NCBI GenBank assembly: GCA_963751345.1
Contig: CAVVUS010000030.1
Coordinates: 352,001-416,000 of the forward strand
From: an uncultured Chloroflexia bacterium
GTDB taxonomy: Bacteria > Chloroflexota > Anaerolineae > B4-G1 > SLSP01
Length of the DNA stretch: 64,000 nt
Reading direction: 5' to 3'
The notes under the pieces are model-generated. The model was not told the DNA's origin. It searched no databases and worked only from the letters and a program-made list of their open reading frames with translations. Each line of letters starts with the position of its first letter. Position 1 is the stretch's first letter. Positions 43,388 through 54,261 of this stretch are shown here, piece after piece. Made by a program: the position numbers and the translations under genes.

Positions 43388-43522
43388 CTTGCCGCCTAAT
43401 GCGACAGCAACGGGGGACCCACTCGTGGGGCGAACCGGATCGGGGCGCACAGTCGTGTGCCCGTTTCCGCAGGGTTACTTCTTTGACCCGAGCCCGACAG
43501 CTAACCTCGTAGGCGTGGAGGA
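43388..43522 (+). ncRNA. Cyclic di-AMP (ydaO/yuaA) riboswitch
   Basis: Conserved blocks in the expected order: CAACGGGGGACCCA, GGGGCGAA, GCAGGGTTACTT, CCCGAGCCCGACAGCTAACCTCGTAGGCG. Confidence 0.85.
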
Positions 43523-43554
43523 AGGACGCCCAGCACTCTGGAGTGTCCTTTTTT
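43522..43554 (+). terminator. Riboswitch expression-platform terminator
   Basis: AAGGACGCCCAG-cact-CTGGAGTGTCCTTTTTT. Confidence 0.75.
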
Positions 43555-43673
43555 GTTGCCGAGCGGCGCAGGGCCGAAGCGGCGCAGGGCCGAAGCGGCC
43601 CTGGCCGAGGCGCGAAGGACGAGCCCCAGAACTCGGGCGTACTTCTCTAGCATTAAGGTAAGGAGAAAGTACG

Positions 43674-43829
43674 ATGAACGAACTATTTATGGCAGATGTG
43701 GAAGCGCAGGTGTATCAGGACTGGGAACGCCGTTTCAACAAGCGCGTGATCCGCCGACCAGAGAAGACCGGCATTGAACTGCCCCAATTTGTACGGGACT
43801 TGGTGGACAATCTGAAGAAGGCCTTCTAG
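43674..43829 (+). CDS. 51-aa small protein of unknown function
   Basis: Below the ORF-track cutoff. RBS TAAGGAG; sequence MNELFMADVEAQVYQDWERRFNKRVIRRPEKTGIELPQFVRDLVDNLKKAF; own terminator follows. Confidence 0.7.
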   Translation: MNELFMADVEAQVYQDWERRFNKRVIRRPEKTGIELPQFVRDLVDNLKKAF

Positions 43830-43852
43830 TTACCGGCCCAGGCAGGACAATC

Positions 43853-43883
43853 GCGGGGAGCCCAATGGGCTCCCCGCTTTTTT
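43853..43883 (+). terminator. Rho-independent terminator
   Basis: GCGGGGAGCCCA-a-TGGGCTCCCCGC-TTTTTT. Confidence 0.85.
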
Positions 43884-44253
43884 GTGTCTGAATCACGGAT
43901 GGGTGGCCGGGCGGGCTGCCCATGCGCATCAAGCTGAGGAGATGGGACCAGTGCCGGGGACTTTCCGAACGCCGTCTGCGGCGCGTCCCCGGCGCTTGAG
44001 GACAGAGCCCCCGCGGCTGTGGGTGTCCTCGTTCTAGGTGCCAGGCACTCGCGCCTCGGAAGGCGTCGAAAGTGCCAGGCACCGGAGACGCGCCGCATCC
44101 GGTGGGCGCGATGGCGGATGGGCGGGATTGGGTGTACAGTGTTTGGGACAACGATCTGCGTTCACGGGCGACATTCCTCCCACCTCGGTCTTCGGACATC
44201 TGAGAGCGAAGCACTGTTATGGCCGGACGATACAGTGATGAGGAGGAGGGGAG

Positions 44254-45885
44254 ATGTGCGAGTTCACGATCGTACGCGCGGAACGGCGGCCGGACTCGAT
44301 CTTCATCGAGGGAACATCCGACTGCGACACGGTGTCGGTCAGGATCAACCTGCCCGACACGACGGCATTGACCTCTCCGGTCGACGCCGAAGGCCACTGG
44401 GAGGTCGAGTTCACGGAGAACGAGGTGCCCGACCTCGACAGGGTCACGTGCCCCGACCGGATCAAGATGGACATTCACTGCGTGGACGACCTGTCCTGCA
44501 AGGGCCCCGATTTCGTGGATCTGGAATGCGCGGGCGCCACGTGCCCGCAGATCGGCCTGGCACTGACGGAGATGTCGGCCTGCGACGCCAACGATCAGCA
44601 GACGGCGACGTTTGAGGTCACGGTGACCGGCGCGCCCAACCCGACGATCCTGAGCATCGACTTCGGCGACGGGGCAGACGAGACCCTCCTCAACAGCGAA
44701 TCCAGGCGAGCGGCGGCGGCCCGATCTCGAGGCAGCATTCCTACGACCCGGGCAGCTACACCGTGGTGGTCAGCGCGCTGTTCCCGGAGGGCTGTGCGGA
44801 CTCGAACCCGGTGACCCTCGCCGTGCGGTGCGAGATCGCGTGTCCCGAAGACATCGCCTTCGAGATCGAGGCGGCAGACGGCAAGCGCTACCGGACGGTC
44901 TCGGGCACCACCGGGCCCTATGAGGAGATCACGGACGGCGGCGGTGGCGAGGTCCGCGATTGCCTGCCGGGCGGCGACGCCACGGTGGTGCTGGCCGCGC
45001 CCGACGCTGCAGGCCTGGGGATCACGTGGCGGCAGGACGACGACCCACCGCAGGTGACGGACCAGGCCACGTTCGTCGTGACGCTGGGGAGCGGCGCCGA
45101 GGTGACCGTCAACGCGACCTTGACGAAGGACGGGTGCCCGCCGCTGTCCGAGCCGGTCGTGCTGCAGGGCTGCGGCTGCGAGCCGACGGCGTGGTCGGAG
45201 TGGAGCGAGTGCGACGCCTGCGAGCAGCGCCGGACGCGGACGCTGGCCGATTGCACCACCGAGACGGAGACGCGGGCCTGTACGCAGGATCCCGGCCCCT
45301 GGACGCCGTGGCGGCGGTCCTGGTTCTGCGGGGCCAGTCGCAGCCGCGAGGGTGCGGACTGCACGACGGAGACGCAGAGCCGCGTGAACTGGTGCTGCGT
45401 CTGGATGTGGATCACGTTGGGGCTGATCGCAGCGACGGGGGTCCTGATCTTCATCACCCTCTGCATGCTGCCCGCGACCTTCTGGTCGGCGCTGGCGGCG
45501 GTGGGGTCGGGCGGCGGTCTGGCCCCGGTCTGGGCGGCGCTGACCGCGACCAACATCGGGATGCTGATTGCTTCAGGCGCGGGCCTGCTCCTCTCGATCG
45601 CGAGCCTGGTACTGTGGCTCATCTTCTGCGTCTTCGGCAACTCGCGGGACGCGGCCTGCTTCCTGTTGGGGATCTTCATCCAGGTGATGGCGTGGCTGAC
45701 GTCGATCAGCACGCTGGTCGCCGCCGTGCTCTGGGTGATCGCGCTGCTCTGCGGGCTGAACGTCGTCTGTCTCTTCCAGGCGGTAGGCTGCGCGGTAGGC
45801 GCGACGATCGACGTCGGCGTGGTTCGGCGTGATCCTGTCCGTCGCGGTGATCATCCAGTCGTTCCTCTGCGGCGGGGAGGACTGA
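44254..45885 (+). CDS. Cys-rich membrane protein with a PKD-like domain and thrombospondin-1-like motifs (frameshifts near 44720 and 45820)
   Basis: RBS GGAGG; IDFGDG (PKD-like); WSEWSECDACEQRRTRT and PWTPW...CGASRSR; four C-terminal transmembrane helices. Confidence 0.6.
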
Positions 45886-45910
45886 TAAGACGGACTAAGG
45901 GAGGTGCACT

Positions 45911-46505
45911 ATGGCACGAAAGCTCTATGAATTGGCGCGAATGGTTCCCGGCTGGATCGTTGCGAACCTGCTGGGCTTTGCCGCGATCAGTACGTTACCC
46001 CTCGTCCTCACGTTCCTGAAAGCAGCGCCCGGCATCGTGGTGTCGTCCCTGCTCGTCGGGATCCCGATCGGTTGTTGCCCAATGGATCGTGCTGCGACGT
46101 GCCGTCCCGATCTCGGTTTTGTGGGTCGCCACGATTCCAGCCGGGCTGCTCCTGGGATTGGTGGTGCTCAACAGCCCCATCCTCTCGCCGCTTTGGGCGT
46201 CTTTTGACGATGAGTCCGTGCTTGCACTGACCGCAGGCTACGTGGTCGTCGCCGCTTTGGTTGGGTTGGCCCAATGGTCCCTCCTGCGGGGTCACTTCAC
46301 CACGTCATGGGCCTGGCTGTTGAGCAGTGTGGTCGGCCTCGGGCTAGGCACCGGGCTTGTGTTGGGTTCGGACCTGATCCATCAGGCTTGGCTCGTCTCT
46401 GTGTTCGTGGTCGCGCTGGTGTATGCGGTGGTGACCGGACTGGTCATCGCATGGTTGCGCGCGGCGCACGGGAAGGCGGAAGGGAACGTGGTGGGCGCGG
46501 CGTAG
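45911..46505 (+). CDS. Hypothetical membrane protein (frameshift near 46075)
   Basis: Repeated GxAQWxxLR segments and several transmembrane helices. Confidence 0.65.
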
Positions 46506-46658
46506 CGAGGGAGCGAGAAGGCGAGGCGGGCCTGCGGCAGGGCGTAGGGGTCGTGCGCCGATAGGAATCGGCGTGGGCGCTTCAGACGGTGGGAGTGTGC
46601 CGATTGGAGTCGCCGTGAGCGCCTCGGAAGGCCGCCGGAAGACATGGAGAAGACAGAC

Positions 46659-47555
46659 TCAGCGGGCGCCCGAGGCTTGTATGGCAGTCACGAGCTGCTG
46701 GTAAAGGGATCTCTCTCGACCGTAGGGATCGAGCGCGAGTTGGGCTTCCTCTGGGGTCAGGTCTTCCAGAAAATCGTAGGCCCGCTGGACATCGCGGACG
46801 AGGTCAGACGGGGCCACGAGGCGATCCGGACGCACCAGTCTCCCCAGGTCGGACCAATCGTAGCGGTCCTCAGCCAGGCCGGACAGGAAGTTGGCAGGGT
46901 CAAAGGCGAAGCTGGTCTCCCAGCATTTCACAACGGCGATGCGGCGTACCAGGTCGCGGTCGTAGGGCTGACGCGCCAGCTGGTAGAGGTCATAGAGGTC
47001 GCGCACGCGGCTGCGCTGGGCAGCGGCACGCAGCTTCTCGCCGATGAGTTCGTGTAGATCGAGGGCCGGCACTGTAGGCGGGTCGACGCCAAGCCAGTCG
47101 AAGTAACGCTCGGGGCGCAGAGGTATCCGCTGAATAGGCAGCAGAGGCTGAGCCCGGAAGCTGATCTGGAGCCCAAAGCGTCCAGCCGTCACCCAGTCGT
47201 GATGGTAGGTGACCTCAGCGCCGCAGGAGTCAGACGTAGCATAATAGCTGGGGCTGGGGATCGTGAACGTGAGCCCGTAGAAGGTCTGCTCGTGCAGGGC
47301 GCCCACGAGGTCCAGGATCAGGGCATCGGGAGACGTTTCGCCCACCGCCGTGAAATCGAGGTCGAGGCTGAAGCGCCCGGTTGAGCTGAGGTGGAGCTTG
47401 CGCAGTGCGGTGCCGCCCTTGAAGGCCAGCCTGTCAAGCAGGCCCTGGTCCGAGAGGATGCGGAGGACATAGGTCAGGGCGATCTCGCGCTCGGCGATGT
47501 CAAGATCGACGCCGGCATCAGCGGCATACCATTGGACGAGGCGCCTCTCGATCAT
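46659..47555 (-). CDS. abiEii: AbiEii nucleotidyltransferase toxin (type IV toxin-antitoxin)
   Basis: FKGGTAL, RFSLDLDF, EKLRAA and RDLYDL motifs. Confidence 0.92.
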   Translation of the reverse strand: MIERRLVQWYAADAGVDLDIAEREIALTYVLRILSDQGLLDRLAFKGGTALRKLHLSSTGRFSLDLDFTAVGETSPDALILDLVGALHEQTFYGLTFTIPSPSYYATSDSCGAEVTYHHDWVTAGRFGLQISFRAQPLLPIQRIPLRPERYFDWLGVDPPTVPALDLHELIGEKLRAAAQRSRVRDLYDLYQLARQPYDRDLVRRIAVVKCWETSFAFDPANFLSGLAEDRYDWSDLGRLVRPDRLVAPSDLVRDVQRAYDFLEDLTPEEAQLALDPYGRERSLYQQLVTAIQASGAR

Positions 47556-48379
47556 CAGCGTACCTCGATCTCGGCGAGCAACTCGCGATGGGGCACGTTG
47601 TCAACGACGTGCCAGGTTGAATCATAGTCACCCCCTGTAGACCACCGGGCGGGCCGGCCGAGATAGGGGGTGCTCGTACTCACAGCAGCCAGGAGACGAT
47701 CGCGGACGGGCGCTGCGGGCGACAGGTCGAGCGCATCGAGAAGGTAGCCCAGGCGCTGGATCAGGGCCTGGGACTTGAATCGAAGTGCATCATCGGTCAG
47801 CTTGTCCCAGTCGAAGCGACCGGCTCCGCGGCGGAGCATCCCGGCAATCTCCGGAATATCGCCGGCGTACTCGGGGCGGTCGAGCGCATCGACGACGGTC
47901 TTTTCCGGCCCGGCCATACGCACGGGACTTCCATAGGCGTCAACCTCAACGTCGCCGAAAAACTTGTGCGGAGGCTGGTGGACGAGGCGATAATCCTTAC
48001 CGCGCAGGTGAATCAGGCGCCGGCGCGGCAGGGCCGAGGTGGCGAGATAGACGGTGGCCGCAGCCTGGGTGGAGAGACCGTGGAAGTAAGCTGCAGTGGC
48101 GAAGGAGAAGTAGTAGGGCTCGACCAGGGCACTGCCGATGAAGAGGGGGTTGGTGTCAGGGAAAGCGTGCTCGCCACGCTCGGCGGGAATGAGCTCATAG
48201 ACACCAGGCGTGAGGGGAGCCAGCCAATGGCGACGGGCGAGGCGGCTGAGCACCTGGCGGGCGTGGTCATAGGAGCAGTCGAGAATGGCCATGGTCTCGT
48301 CAATAGAGACGGTCAGCTGTTTTTCCCACTCGAGATGCAGGATCAGCCTGGCTTCCAGATCGGACAGTGAACGGGACAT
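47555..48379 (-). CDS. abiEi: AbiEi antitoxin (type IV toxin-antitoxin)
   Basis: N-terminal winged HTH; YFSFATAAYFHGL, EKTVVDALDRP and QRLGYLL motifs. Confidence 0.88.
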   Translation of the reverse strand: MSRSLSDLEARLILHLEWEKQLTVSIDETMAILDCSYDHARQVLSRLARRHWLAPLTPGVYELIPAERGEHAFPDTNPLFIGSALVEPYYFSFATAAYFHGLSTQAAATVYLATSALPRRRLIHLRGKDYRLVHQPPHKFFGDVEVDAYGSPVRMAGPEKTVVDALDRPEYAGDIPEIAGMLRRGAGRFDWDKLTDDALRFKSQALIQRLGYLLDALDLSPAAPVRDRLLAAVSTSTPYLGRPARWSTGGDYDSTWHVVDNVPHRELLAEIEVR

Positions 48380-48411
48380 CGCGTGCGTTCCCTCCGGGCT
48401 TCTTACGTTGA

Positions 48412-48446
48412 TCGCGTTTTGTGACAGATTTAGTCACAAATCGCGA
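48412..48446. promoter_or_regulatory. Inverted-repeat operator upstream of abiEi
   Basis: TCGCGTTTTGTGAC-N7-GTCACAAATCGCGA (14-bp arms, 1 mismatch). AbiEi proteins autoregulate through promoter inverted repeats. Confidence 0.6.
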
Positions 48447-48625
48447 CTTCCGTAAGAGAGTATAGCGGAAGACAGGGAGAAGGGAAGGTATCGCGGCGTG
48501 ACGCTCGGCTTCGAGATTGTCACCCGGCGTCCGACGATGTCTATGGGTCGCCGGGCGACACATTCCCAAGTCAGGCGTCTGGTTGTGATGGGATGCAGGA
48601 TGGCGGAGTCAACGGAGAGCAAGAG

Positions 48626-49558
48626 CTAGGGCTCGTAGACGTGATCGTTGTGCCACTCGATGTACGCGGATGACGGCCAATCGGCGGGCGAGCCGGGCAG
48701 CACACGAAGCTCCTGACCGTGCATCCGATAGTAGTCACGCCCGTTCTCGAACTCCTCCTTGATCCGCTGACTAACCTCGATGTGATAGTCGGGTGTCACC
48801 GTGATGTAGCCTCGATCGTAGAGGATGTGTAGATCGGCACGCAGCAGGAGCCCGTTGTCCACGCGATGCGGCCCGGAGTCTGCGAACGGCCTGATGTGAG
48901 ACGCCTGCAGGACCGGGAGTGTACGCTCCCCGGTCATCGCACAACGGCGATGGTAGGCCTCGGTGACCAGGGAGCGGAAGCCGCCCTGCCCGAGCCTGGC
49001 GCGGGTTAGGTACTCCTCCCCGTACCGAGGGGCGTCGAGCACGGCCCTGTCCGGCACGTCAGCATCGAGGCGGCGCAACTGCGTATACTGAACCGCATCC
49101 TGGAATCGCTGCCACAGCTCCGCGCCGACCGCGGCTTCAGTGCGGTATGTCTTCCCGGACATGATGTTGGTGTGCCAGTCGGACGGCGGGTCGATCCAGT
49201 CATCTTCGTCCAGGAAGACCGGCTGTGTGAGGACGATACAACCGATCTCGGGATCCGGGTGCCGCGGCGCACCCATATAGCGGAAGATCGCCCGGCGGAA
49301 GGTGCCGAGGTCGGGTGCTCCATTCCTGCGCTCGAACACCTCCCACGCCAACGAAAGCGGCAGGCGCGTGTAATGGACGAAGAAGCCCCCACCTGCGATC
49401 TTGTTGACGGGGCTCTTCAGCTTGAAGAGGAAGGGATCCCACCGGCTCAGGGCCGCAAGGCGGACCGAACTGGGGCGCCAGAAGTTCACCTCGTCGGGCT
49501 GGTGCTCGGCGAGGTAGCGGAACCAGTCGATATCCGTGACACCGACGAAGAGCTTCAT
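48626..49558 (-). CDS. HNH endonuclease, putative restriction enzyme
   Basis: N-terminal VGVTDIDW...EVNFW domain; C-terminal RLGQGGFR...CAMTG...ASHIRP...NGLLLRADLH. Confidence 0.88.
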   Translation of the reverse strand: MKLFVGVTDIDWFRYLAEHQPDEVNFWRPSSVRLAALSRWDPFLFKLKSPVNKIAGGGFFVHYTRLPLSLAWEVFERRNGAPDLGTFRRAIFRYMGAPRHPDPEIGCIVLTQPVFLDEDDWIDPPSDWHTNIMSGKTYRTEAAVGAELWQRFQDAVQYTQLRRLDADVPDRAVLDAPRYGEEYLTRARLGQGGFRSLVTEAYHRRCAMTGERTLPVLQASHIRPFADSGPHRVDNGLLLRADLHILYDRGYITVTPDYHIEVSQRIKEEFENGRDYYRMHGQELRVLPGSPADWPSSAYIEWHNDHVYEP

Positions 49559-49809
49559 TCCGGCCTTCCCGTCCCGGTAGGATATGGTTCCTCCGACTGT
49601 ACTGCGCTCCCTTGGCTGCGCAAGCACCTAACCGCAACGACTCGAATTGGAGTTTGGGCCCTATACGCGGCTGGTACAGTGTCCCTCGCCTTGACGCCCC
49701 TCGTCCTCTTGCTACAATCATACCTGTGGCCAACGACCTATACGTGCACAAGCTAAAGATGCAAACAAACCAACGAGGAGGGCCCCTGCCACCTTCGCCA
49801 TCGCTTTTA

Positions 49810-50074
49810 CGATGGACGATGTTTTCAGGGCCGTCCGTTGTCGCTCGTCTGTCACCGCCGTAAGGAAACAGGCCTCCTCGGCGAGCGACCTGTATCATCG
49901 CAACAACCACGTCTTACCCATCCCTGCCTGGCCGTGGACGTTGAACAGCAGATACTCATGATCATCCGGCGTGCCCAGGTTCCGCTCAAAGACCTCGAGC
50001 TCGGCATCCTGCCCCACGAACAAGTCACGTTCGCGCTCTTCCCTTACATCACCCCAAGTCCGCTTCGTTGGCAT
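49810..50074 (-). pseudogene. Remnant of a P-loop (AAA/STAND-like) ATPase
   Basis: Manual translation MPTKRTWGD...LFVGQDAELEVF...NVHGQAGMGKTWLLR, then a stop just after Walker A. Confidence 0.65.
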
Positions 50075-50433
50075 GCCTACCTCCGTGCAAGCGCCTCTTA
50101 CAGCGCGCTCACTCTCGAAGAGTCAGGATTTCCCCATATAGTCTATGATCTCTTCTCCGACTCTGCAACGTCGCCCAACTTATCCTCCCACGTTTCCCCA
50201 CCCACCGAAAAGGCCTCCACGATGGTGGAGGCCTTGCTCGCCTACCATGCCGCCACCACTGGCGCCACTCCCGTCACCCTCAACGACAAACTCGATCAGC
50301 CCCTCACCCTCACTACCACACCAGGCCCGCCTGCCGACCATGATCTCCGGCCAACGCCCCACTCACCGCGCCCCACTCCCACTGACCGATCTAGACGCGC
50401 TCGGCCTGTAGTCAAATGGTCGACCAACTGTCC

Positions 50434-51244
50434 TCACCCAAAGGGCGACTCTTGGAGCTTATTGTCCCTTAGTTCTTCCTCAAGGTCATCAAGAAAGCGC
50501 ACCAGGCCTGCAATGTGGCTCAGAATCAACACGCTCTCACGGTAGTTGAGAACAGGATTGGGATGAGCCAGACTCTGGTTGTTTCTAACGCTATTGAATG
50601 AATCCAACACGCTGATCGATGACTTCAGTATCCGCTCCGTCATTCCCGAATCTACAGCGCATTCATTCGCTAGGGCTTTTACGTATCCCCCGAAGATGCT
50701 CTGAAGAGGATGCTTACGGTCATATGCAACGCCGTGCTCGTCACACAGTCGTCGGACGTACTTCATCATGTACGTGTGTAGTCTATCCAGTGCCGCTTCC
50801 GGCTCGCCTTGTTCAATGCTTCGTCTAATCGAGGCTACCAACAGATTGAAGTCTTTATCATCAGGGTCTGACTGCAACGCATCCAGATTCTCGAGCCCCG
50901 TGTTGCCCAGTAGCCTATCAACAATCCGACTACACTCCTCCTCCAATTCATGCAGCTCTTGCTCATCCGACACCGAGTAATATGAATGCCCCGCAGCCCG
51001 CCGATACTTCAACAGATCCCTAAGGAGGCATCCCACAGACGGTCTCCTCGGCTTCCCAGAATCCTCTCAGTAGATTGGCCTTTGACCCGCTACCTACCGT
51101 GTATTTCGCATCATAGATGTCCACTGCGACAGATCCAGCCACAAATCGCTGGAAAGAAGCATTGGAGAAGTTCAGCACATAACCACTCTCCATACCGAAC
51201 AACTTCTCGAACTTCATCTTCTCCATTATGTTGAGGCTAGACAT
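50434..51244 (-). CDS. Abortive infection family (Abi_C-type) protein, frameshift near 51035
   Basis: N-terminus FEKLFGMESGYVLNFSNASF...GSKANLLR; C-terminus FNSVRNNQSLAHPN (HEPN-like RxxxxxAH). Confidence 0.75.
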
Positions 51245-51642
51245 ACTACCTCCAAGAGCACCCGACATCGCATATCGCCAAGCTTCCACAGATGTGAATC
51301 CCGATTCACCATCTTACGCGTTAGCCCTTGGCTCATCAAGATTATCAATACTGCCGCTCCCATCCTCTCTTCGGACATTGACCTACCGACGATCAGCCCG
51401 GCAATGTCCTAGCCAATCTCATCGATTGTGTGTGGCTGTACTCCGTGCCAATTGTACCGGATGGCTATGCTACCTCCTCGAAAGCCGGCTAAGCGTCCCT
51501 ACGCTTCACTCGAGAAACAACACCTCGACACATCGGTCCCCTCACTCTCATGCACGGACTCACAATCCCCATCGCTATTCGAGTTCGCCCACCCGATACA
51601 GACACTTTTCCCGTAGTCTCCCGGCAAACCTGCCTCAGCTCC

Positions 51643-52491
51643 TCATATACTCCCAAACCATGCTCGATCCACTGTCACCTTCTGCGTCTCAATCACCTCG
51701 GTCTCCACGCCCAACCCGAGATCCCTCAGCTTCTCAATCAACAAATCCCCATCAATCAGATCGATGGCTAGCGCACCGTCCCGAACCGCCTCCCGCATCG
51801 CATCTCGCGTGAAGTTGCCTGTGGTGATGAGCAACCCCTTGTCCGCGCGCCCGACCATAGCACCCCGAAAGTCCCGCACTTGCCCTACCGAGACTGAACC
51901 CTTGTACCGCTTGCATTGGAAGATCACGTGGAAACTCAGCAACCCCCCAAGCCTCATAACGCCCTTGCCGTCGATCCCGCCATCGCCGCTCCTGCCGGTG
52001 ACCTCCACCTGGATAAACCCCGACTCCCTGAGTAGCCGCTGTACCAGACGCTCAAACGCGGACGGATCCATCTCCAACAGCGTCTCGAGGAGCTCGTCCC
52101 GCCAGTTCTCTGCCTCCTCCGACTCCACCTCATCCGGCTCTGCTTCCCGCTCCTTTCGCCGCTCCTGCATCCAGCGCTTTACCAACCCCGGATTGACCCG
52201 CTCTATCTCCCTACCCTTCGGGGTCAGGGCCCACACGCCTCTAGCGGAGTTGTCCAGCACTCCGTAGTTCTTCAGATAGGTCCTTGTCCATGCCAACCGG
52301 TACTCGACCTCGCTCTGACCTCCCCCGGTTTCAGGCTTATGCAACACCTCGGTCTGCTCGTCGGTGAGATCAGCGATCTCGATCACTCTGTTGCTGATCT
52401 CCTCGATCGTCCCGGACCCGCCCAACTCCTTGAGAGCCCGGATCACGGGATTCATCAACGAATCGTAGCTCGGAATCTCCGCTTCACTCAT
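51643..52491 (-). CDS. mrr: Mrr restriction endonuclease (type IV)
   Basis: Mrr_N segment YRLAWTRTYLK; catalytic FERLV...GDGGIDG...QCKRY. Confidence 0.92.
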   Translation of the reverse strand: MSEAEIPSYDSLMNPVIRALKELGGSGTIEEISNRVIEIADLTDEQTEVLHKPETGGGQSEVEYRLAWTRTYLKNYGVLDNSARGVWALTPKGREIERVNPGLVKRWMQERRKEREAEPDEVESEEAENWRDELLETLLEMDPSAFERLVQRLLRESGFIQVEVTGRSGDGGIDGKGVMRLGGLLSFHVIFQCKRYKGSVSVGQVRDFRGAMVGRADKGLLITTGNFTRDAMREAVRDGALAIDLIDGDLLIEKLRDLGLGVETEVIETQKVTVDRAWFGSI

Positions 52492-52727
52492 GCGATCTCC
52501 TTAGCCGCTCCGGATCATGCCTACACCGCCGGGTATCGTGTGCACAGGGGTCACAATATAGTGTAGACCCTATCCCTCGAGCCCGCAATATCCTCTTGCC
52601 TGCGACGCCTCATCACGCATCTGATCACCCATATCTCTAGCCCATCCGTTCTATTCCTCCTTGACAACCCTTCCCTTCCTGGTACCTTACGTGTAGGCGA
52701 GCGGTGAGGCGAAGGGAGAGGCCGGCC

Positions 52728-53840
52728 ATGTCTGATGATGCAGTCAAACTCATAGACCTGTTCTCCGGAGCAGGAGGGCTGACTCTGGGTTTCCAAGAGC
52801 ATTTCGGAGATCGTCTCGAGGTCGTCTGGGCTAATGATTTCGATAAAGCCGCCGCTGCCACCTACAACGCCAACTTCGGGCATCGCTGCGACTCCCGCGA
52901 CATCGTCGACCTACTCGCGGACCCGGACTTCGAAGTGCCCGAAGCCGATATCGTGGTCGGGGGTCCTCCCTGTCAGGGATTCAGCCTTCTCAACAAGAAC
53001 CGGGAAGCCGATCCCCGTAAGCAGCTCTGGAGACCCTACCTGGAGGTCGTCGAGCGTTCCGGTGCGACCACCTTCCTCATTGAGAACGTCCGCCAGCTCA
53101 TCTCCTCCCCCGAGTACGACGACATCGTGGATGTGGCCCGGGATCTGGGCTTCGACATCTGGTCGGCGGTGCTCCGCGCTGCCGACTACGGCGTGCCGCA
53201 GATGCGCTATCGCGCCTTCATCGTCGGGAGCAGGGAGACCGACCCCGCAACCCACTTCCCTCCGAAACGCACCCACTACAATCCCGAAGAGCCGATCCCC
53301 CTAAGCAACCTCTTCTATGTTGAAGACCCGCAACCTTACCGAACCGTGCGCGACGCTATCGCCGATCTGCCCGCCCCTGTCGGTACCTCAATTCGCGATG
53401 AAGACCCGCCGCTGGATCTGCATTTCGGTCGCAATCCAACGGAACTCAGCCGGCAGCGTTATCGTGTCGTCTCCGAAGAAGGGATGAATCGATTCGACCT
53501 CCAACGTTTGGCGCCGGAACTCACCCCGCAATGCTGGATAAACAAGAAGAGCGGCGGCACCGATCTCTTTGGGCGCATGTGGTGGGATCGCCCCTCGGTC
53601 ACTATCCGCACCGAGTTCTACAAACCCGAGAAGGGCCGCTACCTGCATCCCGAGCAACATCGCCCGATCACCCATCGTGAAGGTGCGCGCCTCCAGTCTA
53701 TCCCCGATTCGTTCGTCTTCCGCGGAAGCAAGATCCGGATTGCACGCCAGATCGGGAATGCCGTTCCCCCTCTTCTCGCAAGGCGCCTCGCCGAGAGCAT
53801 CGACGAGCTCATAAGGATCTCCGTCCCCGAGCATGCCTGA
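52728..53840 (+). CDS. DNA (cytosine-5) methyltransferase
   Basis: DLFSGAGG, GGPPCQGFS, ENV, QMRYR and RQIGNAVPP motifs. Confidence 0.95.
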   Translation: MSDDAVKLIDLFSGAGGLTLGFQEHFGDRLEVVWANDFDKAAAATYNANFGHRCDSRDIVDLLADPDFEVPEADIVVGGPPCQGFSLLNKNREADPRKQLWRPYLEVVERSGATTFLIENVRQLISSPEYDDIVDVARDLGFDIWSAVLRAADYGVPQMRYRAFIVGSRETDPATHFPPKRTHYNPEEPIPLSNLFYVEDPQPYRTVRDAIADLPAPVGTSIRDEDPPLDLHFGRNPTELSRQRYRVVSEEGMNRFDLQRLAPELTPQCWINKKSGGTDLFGRMWWDRPSVTIRTEFYKPEKGRYLHPEQHRPITHREGARLQSIPDSFVFRGSKIRIARQIGNAVPPLLARRLAESIDELIRISVPEHA

Positions 53841-54240
53841 CCGTATTACCCCTCAGCAGCGCAGCCGCAATATGGCTCGTGTGAGGAACAAGAACACCGC
53901 TCCCGAGGTCACGGTCAGGAAAATCCTCCATCGCTTAGGCTATCGCTTTCGCCTCCACAGGCGCGATCTGCCCGGAACCCCGGATATCGTCTTGTCGCGC
54001 CACAAGAAGATCATATTTGTCCACGGCTGTTTCTGGCACAGTCACGATTGTCCCCGAGGCAAGCGTCCGGCCACACGTACCGAGTTCTGGAATGCCAAGC
54101 TTGACGCGAATGTCGCGCGAGACCGCCGTGATCAGCAACAGCTGGCGGACATGGGGTGGAGCGTGCTCGTCGTTTGGGGATGCTGGCTAAAGGATGTAGA
54201 ATCCCTGGAGCAGAAGCTCGTCGCCTTCATGGAATCCTGA
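53833..54240 (+). CDS. vsr: Very short patch repair endonuclease
   Basis: RSRNMARVRNKNTAPE, DLPGTPDI and FVHGCFWH motifs. Confidence 0.95.
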   Translation: MPDRITPQQRSRNMARVRNKNTAPEVTVRKILHRLGYRFRLHRRDLPGTPDIVLSRHKKIIFVHGCFWHSHDCPRGKRPATRTEFWNAKLDANVARDRRDQQQLADMGWSVLVVWGCWLKDVESLEQKLVAFMES

Positions 54241-54261
54241 CGCCGCAAGGAGTGGTTTCCT

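Noticed and set aside
43564-43610. 16-bp tandem repeat GGCGCAGGGCCGAAGC in the riboswitch leader
   Set aside because: Only two full copies and one partial copy; no evidence of function, and it may be a local duplication.
50145-50411. Possible PIN-toxin remnant (VEALLAYHAA...VTLNDKL)
   Set aside because: The similarity is too short and weak to support without a search.
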